From Candidatus Heimdallarchaeota archaeon (GTDB lineage: Archaea > Asgardarchaeota > Heimdallarchaeia > Heimdallarchaeales > Heimdallarchaeaceae): a stretch of DNA of 64,000 nucleotides. The stretch spans positions 64,001 to 128,000 of the forward strand of contig JAUVXV010000001.1 of NCBI GenBank assembly GCA_030603365.1, read 5' to 3'. Position 1 is the first letter of the stretch. Each line of letters opens with the position of its first letter. The notes beneath the pieces are model-generated. The model saw only the letters and a program-made list of their open reading frames with translations, was not told the DNA's origin and searched no databases. This document shows positions 60,573-64,000 of this stretch, one piece after another. Made by a program: the position numbers and the translations under genes.

Positions 60573-61658
60573 ATGGGTGGAATACGAAGACAAAGAAAGA
60601 AAATTATGACTCCTGGTCATCCTTATGATAAAATTCGTATTGATCAGGAATTACCTTTAGTTGGAGAATACGGTTTAAGAAACAAAAAAGAACTGTGGAA
60701 AGCAAGAACTGTTCTATCTAAGGCTAGACAACAAGCTCGTGCTTTACTTGCACTTCCAGCAGATGTGAGAAAGCAACGAGAAAACGAATTACTATTTCGT
60801 TTAGCTAATCTTGGTGTGCTTCCTCCAGGTAGCGACCTTGACTCTGTTCTAGCGCTAGAGGTTCGTACTGTGTTGAATAGACGACTGCAAACCATAGTGT
60901 TTAGAAAAGGGCTCGCAAGTTCGCCTTATCAAGCAAGACAGTTTATTGCGCATAGACATATTGCTATTGAAAGAGCTGTTGTTACCTCTCCAGGACGTCT
61001 TATTAAAATCAATGAAGAAGAAAATATTGACTATGCTCCCCTATCTCCTATGCTAGAGAAATCACATCCTGCTAGACCTCAAGCACCTCCTGTTAGTGAT
61101 GAAGTGCCTCTTGAGAAGAAGGAAGTTCCTAAGAAGGAAGCTCCTAAACCCGAAGTTAAACCAGCTAAACCTGTTCCTAAGAAGGAAGTTGAAGCTCCTA
61201 AACCCGAAGTTAAACCAGCTAAACCTGTTCCTAAGAAAGAAGCTCCTAAACCTGAAGTTAAACCAGGCAAACCTGTTCCTAAGAAAGAAGCTCCTAAACC
61301 TGAAGTTAAACCAGGCAAACCTGTTCCTAAGAAGGAAGTTGAAGCTCCTAAACCTGAAGTTAAACCAGCTAAACCTGTTCCTAAGAAGGAAGTTGAAGCT
61401 CCTAAACCCGAAGTTAAAGCTGAACCTAAACCTCCAGCTAAACCTAAGGTTTCCAAAGTGGATGTTTCTGAAATAAAAGGCGTTGGAGCTAAAACTGCTA
61501 TGCTTTTGAAAGAGAATGGTTTTGATACTGTTAATAAAATTGCTTCTTCTTCTGACGAAGCTTTATCTAAAGTTCCAGGCATCGGTCCTGCTACTGCTAA
61601 AGCTATGATTAGTGAAGCAAAGAACATTCTGACCAAAGCTAAGGAGAAATCCAAGTAG
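60573..61658 (+). CDS. rps4: 30S ribosomal protein S4 fused to Pro/Lys repeat linker and C-terminal HhH domain
   Basis: [29 protein letters not shown]; C-terminal IKGVG.KTA...VPGIG.ATA. Confidence 0.95.
   Translation: MGGIRRQRKKIMTPGHPYDKIRIDQELPLVGEYGLRNKKELWKARTVLSKARQQARALLALPADVRKQRENELLFRLANLGVLPPGSDLDSVLALEVRTVLNRRLQTIVFRKGLASSPYQARQFIAHRHIAIERAVVTSPGRLIKINEEENIDYAPLSPMLEKSHPARPQAPPVSDEVPLEKKEVPKKEAPKPEVKPAKPVPKKEVEAPKPEVKPAKPVPKKEAPKPEVKPGKPVPKKEAPKPEVKPGKPVPKKEVEAPKPEVKPAKPVPKKEVEAPKPEVKAEPKPPAKPKVSKVDVSEIKGVGAKTAMLLKENGFDTVNKIASSSDEALSKVPGIGPATAKAMISEAKNILTKAKEKSK
61125..61418 (+). repeat. 48/54-bp coding tandem repeat x~6 (VPKKE[VE]APKPEVKP[A/G]KP) in rps4
   Basis: Near-identical nucleotide units. 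Confidence 0.95.
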
Positions 61659-61666
61659 GTGATTGT

Positions 61667-62341
61667 ATGAGTGAAGAAAAAGCTAAAACTAAACAAGAAG
61701 AAAAGAAGGAAGCAAAGCCGGATAAGAAGTCAGATAAGAAGTCAGATAAGAAAGCTGACGCTAAAGAAGACAAGAAAACTGACGCTAAAGAAGACAAGAA
61801 AACTGACGCTAAAGAAGACAAGAAAACTGATACTAAAGAAGACAAGAAAACTGACGCTAAAGAAGACAAGAAAACTGAAGCTAAAGAGGAAACAAAGCCA
61901 GAAACAACAAGAGAAGATTCTAGAAGATCAGAAGCAAGATCTCGAACCTCTAGAAGAGACTCTAAATATGGTGTCGCTCACATCTTTTCCAGTTACAACG
62001 ATACAATCGTTCATATCACCGATATCTCAGGCGCAGAAACATTCAGCCGTAAAAGCGGAGGAATGTTTGTGAAAGCTGACAGAAATGAGTCCAGCCCATA
62101 CGCAGCAATGAAAGCAGCAAACGCAGCAGCAATGGAAGCACAAAGTAAAGGAGTGTACCAACTGTATGTGAGATATAGGGCACCAGGAGGACATAAAAAT
62201 AGAACTCCAGGACCAGGAACACAAGCAGCACTAAGAGCACTGAAAAGATCAGGAATGAGAATACTAAGACTAGAAGACGTGACCCCACTTCCTCATGATG
62301 GGTGTAGGAGGAAGGGGGGCAGACGTGGTCGTCGAATGTAA
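61667..62341 (+). CDS. rps11: 30S ribosomal protein S11 with charged-repeat N-terminal extension
   Basis: [48 protein letters not shown]. Confidence 0.96.
   Translation: MSEEKAKTKQEEKKEAKPDKKSDKKSDKKADAKEDKKTDAKEDKKTDAKEDKKTDTKEDKKTDAKEDKKTEAKEETKPETTREDSRRSEARSRTSRRDSKYGVAHIFSSYNDTIVHITDISGAETFSRKSGGMFVKADRNESSPYAAMKAANAAAMEAQSKGVYQLYVRYRAPGGHKNRTPGPGTQAALRALKRSGMRILRLEDVTPLPHDGCRRKGGRRGRRM
61721..61887 (+). repeat. 12-bp (DKKS) and 24-bp (DAKEDKKT x5) coding tandem repeats in rps11
   Basis: GATAAGAAGTCA and GACGCTAAAGAAGACAAGAAAACT units. Confidence 0.95.
62283..62319. promoter_or_regulatory. Predicted zinc-finger binding/target site within rps11 3' end (inverted pair GAGGAAG(T/G)GGGG, 13-bp spacer)
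   Basis: Minus strand 62283-62306 = TAC ACC CAT CAT GAG GAA GTG GGG matches decoded helices of the two downstream C2H2 proteins; plus strand 62308-62319 = GAG GAA GGG GGG. Confidence 0.7.
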
Positions 62342-62342
62342 T

Positions 62343-62380
62343 CTCTCCTTTTTTATTTCTTTTTTCATTTTCATTTTTGT
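62343..62380 (+). terminator. Archaeal oligo-T terminator after rps11
   Basis: Several T4-T7 runs directly after the stop codon. Confidence 0.6.
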
Positions 62381-62429
62381 ATTATTTGAGTTTATAATCT
62401 AATTTCTGTATTGAATGAATGAATATTAG

Positions 62430-62816
62430 ATGAATAGTGATTCAGAAACCATATTACATGTCTGTGACATTTGTCAGAAATCTTTCAAGCGGAGATATTA
62501 CTTGAATAGGCACATTGATGCTGTACATGAAAATCAAAAGGTTTTTAGATGCTCATATTGTAATTTTCAGACTTCAAGGAAAGATGCTTTGGATAGACAT
62601 GTTAATCAAATCCATATAACAAGCAGAGTTCATAAATGCAAAAAATGCGGGGAAACATTCAAGCAAATAGGAAATCTCTATAGACACACCAATACTGTGC
62701 ATACAACTGAAAAGAGATTTCAATGTAAAGACTGTTTTTCTTCTTTCTCAAGAAAAGATAATCTAGAGAGACACATAAAGAAATTTCACACATCAACCAT
62801 ATCAGAGGAATATTGA
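62430..62816 (+). CDS. 4x C2H2 zinc-finger protein, no effector domain
   Basis: Four C-x2-C-x12-H-x4-H fingers; helices RRYYLNR, RKDALDR, QIGNLYR, RKDNLER. Confidence 0.93.
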   Translation: MNSDSETILHVCDICQKSFKRRYYLNRHIDAVHENQKVFRCSYCNFQTSRKDALDRHVNQIHITSRVHKCKKCGETFKQIGNLYRHTNTVHTTEKRFQCKDCFSSFSRKDNLERHIKKFHTSTISEEY

Positions 62817-63988
62817 GTATGAGCTCCTCTACGAAATCTAGTTTTGAATGTGAAATTTGTGGAAAAATACTCTCGAGAAAAGATTTACTTACACGTCATA
62901 TTAAGTCTGTACATCAAAAAATTAAATATCCATGTCCTGAATGCTCCTATGTTGCTAACAGACAAGATTATCTAAAACGTCATATGAATGAAGTGCATCT
63001 TAACCTTCGTTCTTATGTTTGTGAGTTCTGTGGGATGAAGTTTAATCAATCTGGAACTATGAACAGACATATAACAACAGTTCATAAGAAAGAGAGAAAT
63101 TATAACTGCCCTGAATGTGAACCTGTTTTTTCTCGTAAGGATCAGCTTCAAAGACACATAAGAGCTGTCCATCTAAATCTTCGACCTTATATCTGTAAAG
63201 AGTGCGGTGCCTCCTTTAAGTTACCCAACCATTTGAAGCAACATCACATATCTATCCACACTAACCAACGTAAATATGTCTGTGAGGAATGTGGTTTTGC
63301 ATTTAAGTTATCACAGCATCTTAACGATCATATCAAGGTTGTTCATCAAAATCATCGTCCTTACGTGTGTGAAGAATGTGATGCTTCTTTTCCCCATGCT
63401 CGTAATCTTAAGTTACACATCATTGCTGTGCATACTGATGAGAAACCTTACGTTTGTGAAGATTGTGGTAGAGGTTTTGCTGATCCTAGTCATTTATATA
63501 AGCATAAACAAGCTGAAGCTTGTTGGTTTACAACTACTACTGCTTACAAATGGGAGGAACTCTGTAAAGAGATAGCAGAGGTTTTACTAGCTGATGAAGA
63601 TTGGAAGTGGAAACCTAAGATAGACACTCCTGAGCTAAAGAAACAGAGCTGGATTCAGCCTGAAATAATTGTATACTACGAAAATAATACGAAAAGAATC
63701 ATTGATGCTAAGAGATCTACTCAAGCGATATTCAAGGAGAAGGATCTGGTAGTATATCCAAAAGTGGCTGAGAAAGTGGAGTTCTGGTGCCTCTATGGTA
63801 AAACTGAGGGAATGTTTGATGAAAAGGAGGAGATGGAGGCTAAGGGTAGTGAGGAGATTATTGCAGAGTTGAAGAAAAGGAAGAATAAAAGGAATAAGAA
63901 TTTGATTGGCAATCTGATAATGAAGGTTGAGATGCTAAAGAAAGGATTAGAATTCAAAGGACAGAGATTACTTATTGATTCTTCCTAA
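62813..63988 (+). CDS. 8x C2H2 zinc-finger array fused to PD-(D/E)xK-like nuclease domain (natural ZFN candidate)
   Basis: Seven C2H2 + one C2HC fingers with canonical-type linkers (TDEKPY, NLRPY); C-terminal KWEELCKEI...IQPEIIV...IIDAKRS; start overlaps upstream stop (TTGA). Confidence 0.85.
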   Translation: MSMSSSTKSSFECEICGKILSRKDLLTRHIKSVHQKIKYPCPECSYVANRQDYLKRHMNEVHLNLRSYVCEFCGMKFNQSGTMNRHITTVHKKERNYNCPECEPVFSRKDQLQRHIRAVHLNLRPYICKECGASFKLPNHLKQHHISIHTNQRKYVCEECGFAFKLSQHLNDHIKVVHQNHRPYVCEECDASFPHARNLKLHIIAVHTDEKPYVCEDCGRGFADPSHLYKHKQAEACWFTTTTAYKWEELCKEIAEVLLADEDWKWKPKIDTPELKKQSWIQPEIIVYYENNTKRIIDAKRSTQAIFKEKDLVVYPKVAEKVEFWCLYGKTEGMFDEKEEMEAKGSEEIIAELKKRKNKRNKNLIGNLIMKVEMLKKGLEFKGQRLLIDSS

Positions 63989-64000
63989 TAGTAATAATCA

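Noticed and set aside
44409-61887. Tandem repeats as CRISPR arrays
   Set aside because: Head-to-tail, in-frame, no unique spacers, no cas genes
62430-63988. C2H2 genes as eukaryotic contamination
   Set aside because: Intron-less, overlapping in prokaryotic style, contiguous with rps11, and decoded specificity matches the adjacent archaeal gene

Overview
AT-rich archaeal chromosome segment, most likely an Asgard archaeon of the Heimdallarchaeia type (inferred from gene content and style, no phylogeny run). About 17.4-62.3 kb is conserved information-processing core: csl4-rpoL, aIF2alpha-nop10, rRNA/tRNA methyltransferases, rpoF-L21e-pus10-srp54, aspS, pyrH, aRF1, hef, valS, the L22...L15 ribosomal operon, an inverted secY-EMC3-L34e-cmk-L14e-cbf5 block, S13-S4-S11 and three tRNAs (two with introns). 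Two accessory loci stand out. (1) Top finding, 62.3-64.0 kb: directly behind rps11 are a 4-finger C2H2 protein and an 8-finger C2H2 array fused to a PD-(D/E)xK-like nuclease domain. Decoded with the standard zinc-finger code, the 8 fingers spell the 24-bp minus-strand sequence of the neighbouring rps11 T-P-L-P-H-D-G-C-R codons (62283-62306), with codon wobble bases falling on the finger middle position. The nuclease-less 4-finger protein matches the resident allele (GAG GAA GTG GGG) at all 11 code-specified bases. This looks like a natural zinc-finger nuclease homing/gene-drive element with a zinc-finger shield. (2) A ~15.5 kb island (about 1635-17095) inserted into atpD, which restores the gene with a synonymously diverged 5' end. 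It carries a caspase-like protease, a nuclease-kinase-TIM-barrel operon, a TFB-like pseudogene, a subtilase and a 2268-aa membrane protein. Also noted: structured RNA leaders upstream of rpl22, rps17 and rps13, a GC/NCG-codon patch in secY, repeat-expanded ribosomal proteins and a membrane-anchored polyproline protein missed by the ORF track.
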